Positions 54,032 through 64,000 of a stretch of DNA of 64,000 nt are shown piece after piece (within the stretch, counting starts at the first letter, position 1; each line of letters begins with the position of its first letter). Source of the stretch: Thermoanaerobaculia bacterium. GTDB taxonomy: Bacteria; Acidobacteriota; Thermoanaerobaculia; Gp7-AA8. The notes beneath the pieces were generated by a model. That model was not told the DNA's origin and made no database searches. It saw only the letters and a list, made by a program, of their open reading frames with translations. The DNA is taken from contig DASWBH010000037.1 in the NCBI GenBank assembly GCA_036390755.1, positions 2,185 through 66,184 of the forward strand, given 5' to 3'. The position numbers and the translations under genes are program-made.

Positions 54032-55090
54032 GTGTTCTTCTCAAAGAGCAAAAATGTCGTTGGTCTTGATATCGGCTCCTCAGCAATCAAGCTTGTCGAG
54101 CTGAAGGAGAAGAAGGGCGGCACTTATCAACTCGTGAAGCTCGGAGTTGAGCGCCTCTCTCCGGAAGCGATCGTCGACGGCTCCATCATGGACTCCTCCA
54201 TGGTGGTCGAGACGATCTCGCGGTTGAACAGCGAAAAGGCCGTTAAGAATTCCAATTACGCGACGTCTCTCTCCGGCCACTCCGTCATCATCAAGAAGAT
54301 CACGCTTCCGGCGATGTCGGCCGAGGAGCTGGCGGAATCGATTCAGTGGGAGGCGGAGCAGTACATCCCCTTCGACATCAACGACGTCAACCTCGACTAC
54401 GTGCCGCTGAGCTCTCCCGGTGGCGGGGACAACATCGAAGTGATCCTGGTCGCGGTGAAGAAGGAGAAGATCAACGACTATACGTCGGTGATCAGCCAGA
54501 CGGGGAAAGTGCCTGTCCTCGTCGACGTCGACGCCTTCGCTCTGCAGAACTGCTACGAGATCAATCACGACGTGAGCGAAGGGAAAGTCCTCGCCCTCGT
54601 GAACATCGGCGCCTCGGTCACGAACGTGAACGTGATGAGCGGAAGGAACTCGCTCTTCTGGCGCGACATCACCTTCGGCGGCAACCAGTACACCGATGCG
54701 ATTCAGCGCGAGCTCTCGCTCTCCTTCGAGCAGGCTGAAGAGCTCAAGCGCGGACGGGCGGTGGCGGACTACACGATCCAGCAGGTCATCCCGATCCTCA
54801 ACTCGGTCTCTGAGGACTTCGCCGGCGAGCTGCGGAAGACGCTCGACTTCTTCACCGCAACATCGGGCGCCGAACGCGTCGACGAAATCGTTCTGGCCGG
54901 CGGCGGCTCCGGTGTGCTGAATCTCGACGCGATCCTCCGCGACAAGTTCGGCATCCCCGTCTCGATCATGGACCCGTTCCGCAACGTGACCGTCGACGAG
55001 AGCGAGTTCAACCCCGAGGAACTGGCGGAGATTGCGCCGAGCATGGCGATCGCGGTCGGTCTCGCCTCAAGGAAGTTGGGGGACGCTTGA
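54032..55090 (+). CDS. pilM: Type IV pilus assembly protein PilM
   Basis: Actin-like PilM signature (VVGLDIGSSAIKLVEL). GTG start. Confidence 0.9.
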   Translation: MFFSKSKNVVGLDIGSSAIKLVELKEKKGGTYQLVKLGVERLSPEAIVDGSIMDSSMVVETISRLNSEKAVKNSNYATSLSGHSVIIKKITLPAMSAEELAESIQWEAEQYIPFDINDVNLDYVPLSSPGGGDNIEVILVAVKKEKINDYTSVISQTGKVPVLVDVDAFALQNCYEINHDVSEGKVLALVNIGASVTNVNVMSGRNSLFWRDITFGGNQYTDAIQRELSLSFEQAEELKRGRAVADYTIQQVIPILNSVSEDFAGELRKTLDFFTATSGAERVDEIVLAGGGSGVLNLDAILRDKFGIPVSIMDPFRNVTVDESEFNPEELAEIAPSMAIAVGLASRKLGDA

Positions 55091-55773
55091 TCAAGATCAA
55101 TCTGGTGCGGGAAGGGCGGGCGGTCCGGGGAGCAGGCATGGCTCCATCGGTCGCTGCAGGTGTCGGCGCGGCAGCACCCGCCAACATCAACAATCTCATC
55201 GTGATCGGCCTCATCGGCCTCAGCATCGTCGTGGCCGCGGCGTACTGGTTCATCAACAACCGCACGCTGGCCCGGCGGCAGGGAGAAGTGGCGACGCGCA
55301 AAGCTGAAGCGGAGAAGCTCGAGTCGATCATCAAAGAGGTCGAGGACTTCCAGAAGCGCAAGGACAGCCTGCAGAACCGCATCGATCTGATCAACCAGCT
55401 CAAGCAGAGCCAGAAGGGTCCCGTGCGGATCATGGATCAGATCAGCCGCGATCTGCCCGATCTGGTGTGGCTCGACAGGATGTCGATCGCGGGCGGACGC
55501 ATCACTCTCGCAGGACGCGGGCTCAACCCGAACGCGATCGCGAACTTCGTCGAGAACATCAAGAACGATCCGTACTTCGAAGAGCCCGAGTTCGGGAACG
55601 TGACCGAAACGGCGCCGACAACGCCGGTGGTCTACTCGTTCGACATGGCGTTCAACTTCTCGTACGCGCCGAAGACGCCGGGTGCGGCGCCGGCAACGCC
55701 CGGAGCAACCGGCACGGCAGGAACGACGTCGACGACGGGCACGGGCGCTCGGCCCGGTGCGCCGGCGCGGTGA
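55087..55773 (+). CDS. pilN: Type IV pilus assembly protein PilN
   Basis: IKINLV N-terminus, one TM helix, and a coiled coil. TTG start overlapping the pilM stop. Confidence 0.8.
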   Translation: MIKINLVREGRAVRGAGMAPSVAAGVGAAAPANINNLIVIGLIGLSIVVAAAYWFINNRTLARRQGEVATRKAEAEKLESIIKEVEDFQKRKDSLQNRIDLINQLKQSQKGPVRIMDQISRDLPDLVWLDRMSIAGGRITLAGRGLNPNAIANFVENIKNDPYFEEPEFGNVTETAPTTPVVYSFDMAFNFSYAPKTPGAAPATPGATGTAGTTSTTGTGARPGAPAR

Positions 55774-55783
55774 GGAGACGACG

Positions 55784-56440
55784 ATGGCGATCAGTTTGAA
55801 TGACCAGCCCTGGTACGTCGCTCTCGGCGTCGGCATCCTCGTCGCGGGCGTGATCCTGTACGGAGTCCACGCCTATCTCGTGCAGCCGATCAAGGATCAG
55901 ATCTCCGGCGCCGAAGCGCAGATCGCGGAGTACGACAAGAAAATCGAACAGGGACGCGCCGCGGAGCGGAAGCTTCCTCAGTTCCGCGAGGAGGTGCGCC
56001 GACTCGAGCTCGAGCTCGAGAAACTGCGCCGCATTCTCCCGTCGACGCGCAACACCGAAGAGATCATCAAGAAGATCAAGTCGCTCGTCGATCAGGGCGA
56101 CTTCGGTCTGAAGAAACTCGTCTTCCCGAAGCTTGCTGAGGTGAAGGGTTCCGATCCGTACGCCGAGTGGCCGATCTCCGTCTCCGTCGACGGCCGCTAT
56201 CACGATCTGGCGATCCTCTTCAATCGCCTCAGCAACTTCTCGCGCATCATCAACGTCGAGCAGATCAACATCACGGCGCTGTCGGTCCAGACGACGAAGA
56301 CGATCTCGTCCGACTTCATCGCGAAGACGTTCGTCTATGTCGAGCCGACCGCCGGCAAGGGATCGAAGGACAAGAACAAGACGGGCGGCACCGGAACATC
56401 GAAACCGGGCGGTGGAACCGGAACGGCGGGTGGCGCATGA
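55784..56440 (+). CDS. pilO: Type IV pilus assembly protein PilO
   Basis: One TM helix, a coiled coil, and a PilO domain. GAGGAG RBS; ATG at 55784. Confidence 0.8.
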   Translation: MAISLNDQPWYVALGVGILVAGVILYGVHAYLVQPIKDQISGAEAQIAEYDKKIEQGRAAERKLPQFREEVRRLELELEKLRRILPSTRNTEEIIKKIKSLVDQGDFGLKKLVFPKLAEVKGSDPYAEWPISVSVDGRYHDLAILFNRLSNFSRIINVEQINITALSVQTTKTISSDFIAKTFVYVEPTAGKGSKDKNKTGGTGTSKPGGGTGTAGGA

Positions 56441-57024
56441 GCGGGGGCACCGCGCCGATGAAGAGCTGGAGATTCGCGGCGTCGCTGTCGATCGTCGTCC
56501 TCGCCGTCGTCACGGTGATGGCGCAGACGGCGCGTCCCGGCGCGACAAGCACGTCGACGACAGGAACTTCGGCCACGGCGACCACCGGCACGACGTCGAC
56601 CGCAAAAACGTCGACGACCGGCACGAGCGTGCAGCAGACGCTCGAGGAGATTCTCGAAGAGCCGCAGGGCGGCGAGACGTATCGCTACGACCCGCAGGGA
56701 CGGCGCGATCCGTTCCGGTCGCTCGTCGGTCCCGCGCCGAAGCTCGAGCCGGGCCAGCGGCCTCCCGGAGTTCCGGGATTCCTCATCGATGAAATCAAGC
56801 TGACAGGCATCGTCCGTACGAAGCAGGGGATCGTCGGTGTCATCAGCGGTCCTGACAACAAGGGTTACCTCATTCGCGTGGGAGACAAGGTCCTCGATGG
56901 CGAGGTCATTCGCATTACCCCAACCTCCGTTGTCTTTCGGCAGGAGGTCAACGACCCAACTCGCATCGAGCGGTACCGCGAGGTGGTCAAGGACCTGACT
57001 CCGCCTTCCGAACAGAAGCGTTAA
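56437..57024 (+). CDS. pilP: Type IV pilus assembly lipoprotein PilP
   Basis: T/S-rich linker followed by a PilP beta-domain (KLTGIVRTKQGIVGVI). ATGA overlap with pilO. Confidence 0.75.
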   Translation: MSGGTAPMKSWRFAASLSIVVLAVVTVMAQTARPGATSTSTTGTSATATTGTTSTAKTSTTGTSVQQTLEEILEEPQGGETYRYDPQGRRDPFRSLVGPAPKLEPGQRPPGVPGFLIDEIKLTGIVRTKQGIVGVISGPDNKGYLIRVGDKVLDGEVIRITPTSVVFRQEVNDPTRIERYREVVKDLTPPSEQKR

Positions 57025-57060
57025 GGGCAGAGTGCAGGCTGGGGCTGCGTGGAGGGTGAG

Positions 57061-59625
57061 ATGAAGGTGGGAAGGATGAGTAGAGGCAAGCGAACCCTGC
57101 TGGTAACGGCTACGTTCCTGCTCGCGGTCGGCAGTCTGAACGCCGGACTGTGGAGATCGCGGAAGCCGCAGCCGACTCAGAAAGCCGCACCGGCTGTGAC
57201 CACGATGTCGGTAACCGCCATCGACGTCGACGCGTCGCGCGTGATGCTGAGGACCAGCGGCGCTCCGGCCTACACGTCGTACAGCCCTTCGCCCGACATG
57301 TTCGTGGTCGACCTGACCGGCGCCTCCCGTCCCGCGGACCTGAGCATCCCGACGACGCTGCCTTCGCCGGTCGCATCGATGACCGCCGAAGAAGCGGTGG
57401 AGATGGGCAGCAAGTTGACGCGCGTGACATTCCGGCTGAAGCAGCCGGTGACGCCGCAAACGTCGGTCGCAGACAACACCGTGGTGATCACGATTCCGGC
57501 ACCGGCGATCGCCGATGCGCCGCCCGTCGTGACTGAGAAACCGGCTGCGCCGGTTACTGTCGCCGAGGTGACGCCGCGGGTCGAGGCGATGCCGGAGCCG
57601 CCTGCGCCCGTGAAGACGGTCGAGCCGGTCGTCAAGGCTGAGACCGCGCCGCTGCCGAACGCGAAGTCTGTCCGTCGCGTGATGACGACGGGCAAGGGCA
57701 CATCGCTCGAAGTCGACATCGCCGGCGACGGCGCCTTGACCAATTACAAGTCCTTCAAGCTCGCGAATCCGGATCGCCTCGTGATCGACATCAAGGGCGT
57801 GAAAGACCGCGTCGCGAAGCCTGCCGTGAACGTGGAAGACGGTGCCGTGAAGCGCGTGAGAGTCGCGCAATTCGAGGCGGACGTCACTCGCGTCGTCCTC
57901 GATCTGAACGGGAAGACGCCGTACTCGGTCACACCTTCCGGCGACATGCTGCGCGTGAGGTTCGGCGAGAACGCGAAATCAGCGATGGCCATCGCTCCGC
58001 CGCCGGCGGCCCCTTCTGCACCGGCCGCTCCGCCAGCGACGGCTTCGGTCAACGTGACACCGGCCACGACTGCCGCGCCGGCGATGAAGAAGGATGAGCC
58101 GGCGAAGGTCGCCGCTGCAGACATCCCGTCGCAGGTTCCGACGGTCGCCGAGGACGCGACGTGGAAGATGCCGGCGAATACGCGGCAGGTCATCAACGCC
58201 GCGGCCGATCAGTACCCGCCGGCCACACCCGCTCCGCGCACGACCACAACCAGCGCTCCCCAGCCGAGCACCAACACCGCAACGCCGGGCACGACGCCCA
58301 CGGGCTCAACGACGACGACAGAAAACGTCTTCGACGACGCCGCCAAGCAGACTGCCGGGCAGCCGCAGGTCGGCGGCGGGAACGTACAGAGCGGACATCT
58401 GCTGAGCGGAACGCAGCGCGTGTTCACTGGCGATCCGATCTCGCTCAACCTGAAGGATGCGGACATCAAAGACGTGCTGCGCACTTTCGCGCAGCTCACC
58501 GGTCTCAACATCGCGGTGGACCCGCAGGTGACCGGAACGGTCACGGTCGACTTCGTCGATGTGCCGTGGGACCAGGCGCTCGATCTGATCCTTCGTCAGA
58601 ACGGGCTCACGTTCGTTCTCGAAGGGAACGTGATGCGCGTCGGCACGATCCAGCGTCTCGCCGCGGAGTCGGAAGCGACCGCGAAGCTCGCCGAGCAGGA
58701 ACGCCTCAGCGTTCCGACGACGACGCTCAGCTTCAAGCTTTCGTACGCGCGCGCGGCCGAAGTTGCCACCCTGCTGCACGATCTGGCGTCGCCGCGCGCC
58801 CGCATCATCGTCGACTCGCGCACGAATCAGCTGATCGTCAGCGAGATTCCGCAATACCTGCAGGTGATGCGCAACCTCATCGACACGGTCGATATCCCGA
58901 ACCGTCAGGTGGTCATCGAGGCGCGCATCGTTGAGACCACGAAGATCTACAACCTGCAATACGGCTTCTCGTGGAGCTTCAACGGACTGCTCGATCCGGC
59001 TCTCGGAACGGGCACCGGCCTGATCTTCCCGAACCGCGTCGGCTTCACCGGTGGTCCGTTCAGCTTCACCGGCGGCGCCGCCAACGTCCTCGGCATCTCG
59101 CTGACGGACGTCCTCGGCACGTTCACGCTCGACCTCGCACTCGCCGCGGCCGAGACCAACAGTCTTCTGAAAGTCATCTCCGCGCCGAAGGTAACGACGC
59201 AGGACAACACGCCGGCCGAAATCCAGAGCGGCGTGCAGATCCCGTATCAGACACGCGTCAACTTCACGACGACGGTCCAGTACATCGACGCCACGCTGCG
59301 CCTGTCCGTCACTCCTCAGATCACCGAGGCGGGGACGATCATCATGGATATCTCCGTGCAGAAGACGACGCCCGGTCAGCCGATTGAAGGCGCGGCCGGC
59401 ACGCCGCTGAACACGCGGCAGGCGCGTACGCGCGTGATGGTTCGCGACGGCGGAACGGCCGTCATCGGCGGCATCTATCAGGCCAGCGACACGTCTGCGC
59501 AGAGCGGAATCCCGGTGCTGAAAGACATCCCTGTCCTCGGCGCGCTGTTCCGTTCGCACTCGCAGAACACGCAACATGACGAGCTGCTGATCTTCATCAC
59601 GCCGCGCATCGTGAGGGGGTCATAA
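57061..59625 (+). CDS. pilQ: Type IV pilus secretin PilQ with N-terminal AMIN domains
   Basis: Two AMIN-like domains, N0/N1 domains, and a secretin C-domain (VISAPKVTTQDN...GGIYQ...VLGALF). Confidence 0.9.
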   Translation: MKVGRMSRGKRTLLVTATFLLAVGSLNAGLWRSRKPQPTQKAAPAVTTMSVTAIDVDASRVMLRTSGAPAYTSYSPSPDMFVVDLTGASRPADLSIPTTLPSPVASMTAEEAVEMGSKLTRVTFRLKQPVTPQTSVADNTVVITIPAPAIADAPPVVTEKPAAPVTVAEVTPRVEAMPEPPAPVKTVEPVVKAETAPLPNAKSVRRVMTTGKGTSLEVDIAGDGALTNYKSFKLANPDRLVIDIKGVKDRVAKPAVNVEDGAVKRVRVAQFEADVTRVVLDLNGKTPYSVTPSGDMLRVRFGENAKSAMAIAPPPAAPSAPAAPPATASVNVTPATTAAPAMKKDEPAKVAAADIPSQVPTVAEDATWKMPANTRQVINAAADQYPPATPAPRTTTTSAPQPSTNTATPGTTPTGSTTTTENVFDDAAKQTAGQPQVGGGNVQSGHLLSGTQRVFTGDPISLNLKDADIKDVLRTFAQLTGLNIAVDPQVTGTVTVDFVDVPWDQALDLILRQNGLTFVLEGNVMRVGTIQRLAAESEATAKLAEQERLSVPTTTLSFKLSYARAAEVATLLHDLASPRARIIVDSRTNQLIVSEIPQYLQVMRNLIDTVDIPNRQVVIEARIVETTKIYNLQYGFSWSFNGLLDPALGTGTGLIFPNRVGFTGGPFSFTGGAANVLGISLTDVLGTFTLDLALAAAETNSLLKVISAPKVTTQDNTPAEIQSGVQIPYQTRVNFTTTVQYIDATLRLSVTPQITEAGTIIMDISVQKTTPGQPIEGAAGTPLNTRQARTRVMVRDGGTAVIGGIYQASDTSAQSGIPVLKDIPVLGALFRSHSQNTQHDELLIFITPRIVRGS

Positions 59626-59663
59626 TGAATCGATGGGGTAGGGATTCAAGGATGGGAGGTCGC

Positions 59664-60254
59664 ATGAAACTCAATCGGATGTGGATGCGCGCCGGCCTTG
59701 TCATCATGGTTGTCGTCGCGGCGGTTTCATGCAGCAGCGATTTCTCGCGGAACGCCGCTCCGGTCGAATTGATCGTGACAAACAGTCAGGACATTCAGCA
59801 GATCGATCTGAATGGCAACGGCGCGTCGGGAAATACGAACTGCGACAAGGACATCGGCACGATCAACATCCAGGGTCGCCTCCGCGACCTCGGCAACAAC
59901 GTCGATCCGCGATTCCTCGATGTGCGCGTCACGCGCTTCCAGGTGTCGTACGTCCGCACCGACGGAGGCACCGCGGTGCCGGCACCATTCACCCGCTCGA
60001 TCGACATCATCGTACAGGCCGGCGGTTCGGCCAGTCTCTCGAAGTTTCTCATCCTGCAGAGCGACGCGCTGACGCAGGCGCCGTTCGTTTCACTTCTCCC
60101 GAACAACGGCGGGCGCGACCCGCAGACCGGACGGCCCGTCGTGCAGATGGACGTCGTCATCCAGTTGTTCGGCGAAACGCTGTCAGGAGTCAGCGTGAGC
60201 GGCTCCACCCGTTTTCCGCTCGACTTCTGCTTCCAGTGCGGCGGGTGCGCGTAG
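59664..60254 (+). CDS. Hypothetical lipoprotein downstream of pilQ
   Basis: Lipobox (AAVSCSS); GGGAGG RBS; CQCGGCA C-terminus. Confidence 0.5.
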   Translation: MKLNRMWMRAGLVIMVVVAAVSCSSDFSRNAAPVELIVTNSQDIQQIDLNGNGASGNTNCDKDIGTINIQGRLRDLGNNVDPRFLDVRVTRFQVSYVRTDGGTAVPAPFTRSIDIIVQAGGSASLSKFLILQSDALTQAPFVSLLPNNGGRDPQTGRPVVQMDVVIQLFGETLSGVSVSGSTRFPLDFCFQCGGCA

Positions 60255-60309
60255 TCAGCAGGAGCTTGTGAGGTCGTAAGGGTGTGAGGAAGGCAGACGG
60301 GGGTTTGAA

Positions 60310-62364
60310 ATGAAGGTTCTCAGAGAGCGGAAATACCTCTTCGCGCTGCTCGCGCTGCTGGTCGTCTTCGCGGCGTGCAAAGGCGAGTCGCCGACCGCGC
60401 CGCCGGTCACAAATCCGGGCGGCACGGGGACGTCGGGCGGCGGAACACCGCCGACCGGCGCGACGATCGTACTCACCGTGTCGAACGCGAACCCGCTCGT
60501 GAACTCGACGAGCATCATGACCGCAACCGTGACGCAGAATGGCAACCCGGTTCCGAACGGCACGGCCGTCGAGTTCAACACGACGCTCGGTACCTGGCAG
60601 GACACCGGCCTGTCGACGACGATTCGCACCACAACCAACGGCGTGGCGACGGCCTCGCTGACATCCGGCACCCCCGGCCCCGCTCAGATCACCGCCATTG
60701 TGAATAACGTCACCCAGCGCGCGACGGTCACGTTCCAGTCCGCGCCGGTCACGCCGCCGCCCGTGAACACGGTGCCGACGATCACCTCGATCACGCCGTC
60801 CACCGGGCCGCCGAGCGGCGGTCAGACCATCACCATCAACGGGACGAACTTCCGCACGCCGGTGCGCGTGCTTTTCGACTTCGGCAACGGCAACGTGCAG
60901 GACGCTCTCGTCGCGAGCGTGACTCCGACTCAAGTCACCGTCGTCACGCCCAAGGTGAACCTCGGCGCCGGCCAGACGCTCGACGCAATCGTTACGCTGA
61001 TCAACGAGGCAGGGACCCCGGCCGAGGTGCGCGTGGCTGCGCCGACGCCATTCACATTCCGGCTCGCTCAGCTCACGCCGATCGTGAGCACGGTTTCTCC
61101 CGACTCCGGCCCGATCACGGGAGGAACGCGCATCACGATTTTCGGATCAGGATTCGAGTCGCCGGTGCAGGTCTCGTTCGCACCGGGTGGCTCCGCCGGC
61201 GCGAACGGCTGGAGTGCCATGCAGGTCCTCACCACGACCTTCAGTCAGATCCTCGCTGTCACTCCTGCCGCGCGCGACGTCACGCCGACCGGATCGGGAA
61301 TACTCACCGGACCGGTCGATCTGCGCATTCACAACATCAACTCCAACAAGGAAGTCATCGTCCCGAACGTCTTCCGCTACACCCCGGCGATGCAGATCAC
61401 GGGCGCACGGCCGCTCACCGGCTCGGCGCTCGGCGGTACCGATGTCACGATCGACGGAATCGGATTCGATCCGCCGGTCGATGTGTTCATCGGCGGTGTC
61501 CTGGCGCAGCAGCTGCGCGTGTCGGGCACGCAGATCCTGGCGCGCACGAGTGCTCTCGCGGTTCCCTGCAGCAACACCTCTACGGCCATAACAGTCACGA
61601 ATATCAACAACGGCGAGACAGCGGCAGGCCCGGCGTTCAACGTCATCGGTGTGAATCCGATCATCACGAGCGTCCTGTCGTCGGGTCCGATCAACCCGGG
61701 AAGCTCGATCACTGTCAACGTTCAGAACCCCGGCATCGGTCCGCTCGGGAGCGCCGTCATCCGCTTCTCGATCGGGAGCACCGTCGTGACGCCGACACCG
61801 AATCAGATCACCGCGGGAACCGGTGTCCAGACGTTCACGCTCGTCGTGCCGACGACCGGCTTCACCTTCCCGCAGGTTACATGTACGACGCCGGGCGGCA
61901 ACCCGGCCGGCAAGCAGCTCGGACCGGTGACCGTCGACCTGGTGTTCACGAACGCGACCACCGGCTGCACGAACACGCTGCCCAACGGAATCACGGTACA
62001 GCCGCCGGGAGCGAACCCCTGCCAGCTGTTGCCGACGCCTACTGTTTCAAATCCGGTCGGCTCGTGCGCGACGGTGAGTGCTGCGGTAAACGGTTCGAAC
62101 ACCACCACGGTGACTCTGTTCAATGCTGCCGATGCCGCACCGCTCGACGTTACGGGCGTTACGTCGTCGAATCCGATGTTCACCGTGAACCCGCAGACTG
62201 TCACCGGCATCGCCGGCGGCGGCAGCGCTCCGTTTACGGTGACCTTCGCACCGCCCACGGGCACTGCGGTGAGCCCGCCGACGCAAAACACGACGCTAAC
62301 GTTCACGACGAACGGAACGCCGTCGACGGTGCAGGCCTGCGTCACAGGCACCGTGACTCCGTAG
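60310..62364 (+). CDS. Large cell-surface lipoprotein with multiple IPT/TIG and Ig-like domains
   Basis: Lipobox (VFAACKG) and at least four P.(S/T)GP..GG..(I/V)TI.G..F IPT repeats. T/S/G-rich composition. Confidence 0.8.
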   Translation: MKVLRERKYLFALLALLVVFAACKGESPTAPPVTNPGGTGTSGGGTPPTGATIVLTVSNANPLVNSTSIMTATVTQNGNPVPNGTAVEFNTTLGTWQDTGLSTTIRTTTNGVATASLTSGTPGPAQITAIVNNVTQRATVTFQSAPVTPPPVNTVPTITSITPSTGPPSGGQTITINGTNFRTPVRVLFDFGNGNVQDALVASVTPTQVTVVTPKVNLGAGQTLDAIVTLINEAGTPAEVRVAAPTPFTFRLAQLTPIVSTVSPDSGPITGGTRITIFGSGFESPVQVSFAPGGSAGANGWSAMQVLTTTFSQILAVTPAARDVTPTGSGILTGPVDLRIHNINSNKEVIVPNVFRYTPAMQITGARPLTGSALGGTDVTIDGIGFDPPVDVFIGGVLAQQLRVSGTQILARTSALAVPCSNTSTAITVTNINNGETAAGPAFNVIGVNPIITSVLSSGPINPGSSITVNVQNPGIGPLGSAVIRFSIGSTVVTPTPNQITAGTGVQTFTLVVPTTGFTFPQVTCTTPGGNPAGKQLGPVTVDLVFTNATTGCTNTLPNGITVQPPGANPCQLLPTPTVSNPVGSCATVSAAVNGSNTTTVTLFNAADAAPLDVTGVTSSNPMFTVNPQTVTGIAGGGSAPFTVTFAPPTGTAVSPPTQNTTLTFTTNGTPSTVQACVTGTVTP

Positions 62365-62393
62365 GGCGGGTCTTCCTTTGCTCCACCCTTGAA

Positions 62394-62420
62394 CCGCCCC
62401 GAAATGGGGCGGTTCTTGTG
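62394..62420 (+). terminator. Rho-independent terminator
   Basis: CCGCCCC-gaaat-GGGGCGG followed by TTCTTGTG. Confidence 0.6.
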
Positions 62421-62454
62421 TGGGGTGGCAGTTTCACGCAAGAATTCAACAAAG

Positions 62455-63705
62455 ATGGTTCAGGCGGCGACAAATCCGAAAATCGAGGAGTTGCGGTTCC
62501 GGCTCAAGTCGGACCCGAAGAGCCGCCTCTTTTACCCACTCGCGGAAGAGCTCAGGAAATTCGGCCAGGTCGAGGAAGCGGAAAACGTCCTGCACACCGG
62601 ACTCGCGGTTCATCCCACCTATCTGTCTGCCTGGGTGAGCCTCGGCCGCGTGCTTCGCGACGAGAAGAAAAACACCGAAGCCGTCGAAGCGCTCAATAAA
62701 GCGATGCAGCTCGACCCGGCGAACGTCGTCGCGGCGCGGCTGCTCGCGGATGCGTATCTCGCGCTCGGCGAAAAGGTGGAAGCGATCAAGAAGTACAAGC
62801 TCGTCTACGCGCTGTTGCCGGCGGATGAAAATCTCGAGGCGACGATCGCGCGGCTCGATGCCGAGATCAACGCGGCGGCCGCCATTCCTGAACCGGAGCC
62901 GGTGATCGAGCCGCCGTCCGCCGCACCGGAACAGCCGGTGCTCCCGGCAGAACCCGAACCTTTTGCGCCGCCGGTGACTGCACCGCCTTTCGAGGCGCCG
63001 CGATTTCCTGCAGCGGACGAGCGAGTGTTCGACGAAACCGGTTCCTCGATTCTCAAGCGGCAGGAGTTCGCGATCGAGACGGGCGACGCGATCCCGATGC
63101 GCGCCGACCACGCGGAGAGCCCGTTCGAAGAACCGGGTGTCGAGGAAGGCTACGGAACAGATGCCTTCGATATCGAGCAGCCCGTCGGGATGCACATCGC
63201 GAGCTCGCCACTCTCGGCCGATCTCGCCGCGCCGCTGCCGTTCGAGCCGTTTGCGTTCGAGCCGCAGCCGCCTGAGAGCGTGACGCCTCCGGAACCCGAC
63301 CAGCCGGCAGCCGTCGACGCAGCCGACGTATTCGAGCCGGCCGACACGGGATTGGCCGCAGGAATCGTGACCGAAGAATTCGCAGTCACGCCGGAGCTGC
63401 CGCCGCTCGACGAAGCCGACTTCGCCCGAACCATCCGCATGGCCGATCTGTACGCAAGCGAAGGATTGATCGCCGAGGCGCGGGATATCTACGAGGATCT
63501 TCTGGCGCGCGATCCGAGGAACGAGTCCATTCGCGCGAAGCTCGAAGCGCTGAGCGCCGCTGCCGAATTCGCCGAGCCGGCCCAAGGCGCTCCATCTGAG
63601 GCGCCGCAGGCTGCATCGCCACCCGGACCGTCACGCAATCCGAAAGTCGAGAAGCTGGAGAGCTGGCTCGCCCGGGTCAAGCGAGGCGAGGTGGGGCGTG
63701 TTTAG
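62455..63705 (+). CDS. TPR-repeat protein with long acidic Pro/Glu-rich region
   Basis: N- and C-terminal TPR units flank a low-complexity PEPEP region. ATG at 62455. Confidence 0.6.
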   Translation: MVQAATNPKIEELRFRLKSDPKSRLFYPLAEELRKFGQVEEAENVLHTGLAVHPTYLSAWVSLGRVLRDEKKNTEAVEALNKAMQLDPANVVAARLLADAYLALGEKVEAIKKYKLVYALLPADENLEATIARLDAEINAAAAIPEPEPVIEPPSAAPEQPVLPAEPEPFAPPVTAPPFEAPRFPAADERVFDETGSSILKRQEFAIETGDAIPMRADHAESPFEEPGVEEGYGTDAFDIEQPVGMHIASSPLSADLAAPLPFEPFAFEPQPPESVTPPEPDQPAAVDAADVFEPADTGLAAGIVTEEFAVTPELPPLDEADFARTIRMADLYASEGLIAEARDIYEDLLARDPRNESIRAKLEALSAAAEFAEPAQGAPSEAPQAASPPGPSRNPKVEKLESWLARVKRGEVGRV

Positions 63706-64000
63706 GGATGTTCTCGCCGGGATCAAGAACTCTGTCGACGGAGCGCTCGCAATCAGTCTGATCGGGCTCGACGGCATCGCCGTCGAGACGATCAACGACG
63801 GCCGCGTGCCGCTCGATGTCCTCGCCGCCGAGTTCGGCGGGTTCATCCGCTCCATCCGCCTGTCGAACACCGAGCTCAACACCGGGGAAGTGCTGCAGTT
63901 TTCGCTCACGACCGAGAAATACATTACCTTCCTCTCTGCAGTGACGCCGGAGTACTTCATCCTCCTCGTGATGAGACCCGACGGTAATTACGGGCGGGCG
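63698..64000 (+). CDS. Roadblock/LC7-domain protein (MglB-like), partial at window end
   Basis: GTG start overlapping the TPR stop. Translation VFRDVLAGIKNSVDGALAISLIGLDGIAVETINDG... fits the Roadblock/LC7 fold. The ORF has no stop before the window end. Confidence 0.5.
   Translation, partial: MFRDVLAGIKNSVDGALAISLIGLDGIAVETINDGRVPLDVLAAEFGGFIRSIRLSNTELNTGEVLQFSLTTEKYITFLSAVTPEYFILLVMRPDGNYGRA

Overview
The window is high-GC (about 65-70%), densely coding bacterial chromosome. The gene content is consistent with an Acidobacteriota- or Gemmatimonadota-like Gram-negative organism, but that assignment is tentative. No rRNA, tRNA, CRISPR array, transposase or integrase was recognised.

Core housekeeping genes present: Rieske oxygenase, PAS-GGDEF-EAL protein, fabF-acpP, PBP4 (dacB), guaB, ligA, ahcY, sdhCAB, rel (relA/spoT family), rpmB, and a complete hrcA-grpE-dnaK-dnaJ operon preceded by a textbook CIRCE operator. 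A type IV pilus pilMNOPQ operon is followed by a lipoprotein, a 684-aa multi-IPT/TIG surface protein, a TPR protein and a Roadblock/LC7 (MglB-like) gene that runs off the window end.

Most notable observations:
(1) A four-gene, translationally coupled minus-strand operon at 27571-31107: bitopic Amidase_3 cell-wall amidase, an actin-fold ATPase that aligns closely to magnetosome MamK rather than MreB, a membrane alpha/beta hydrolase and a SAM methyltransferase. There is no magnetosome gene context.
(2) A recurrent family of 3'-end and junction hairpins, each arm built from 3-4 tandem 7-nt units (GTTGYCG / GGTAACA / CAGAAGG / CGAATCC). Each locus carries a reverse-complementary partner arm (sometimes imperfect), except the lone array at 5194-5221. 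One spans the HAD/MBL gene junction; one encodes or occludes the 5' end of a C39-peptidase/TPR gene.
(3) Tandem paralogous small LTXXQ-motif (Spy/CpxP-like) secreted proteins with C-terminal membrane anchors, upstream of a papain-like C39 peptidase-TPR protein.
(4) Two probable frameshift or over-extended ORFs: a diheme cytochrome c reading through a terminator hairpin into dodecin, and a small IPT-domain secreted protein split across two frames.

The many long antisense ORFs in the six-frame track are high-GC artefacts and were rejected.
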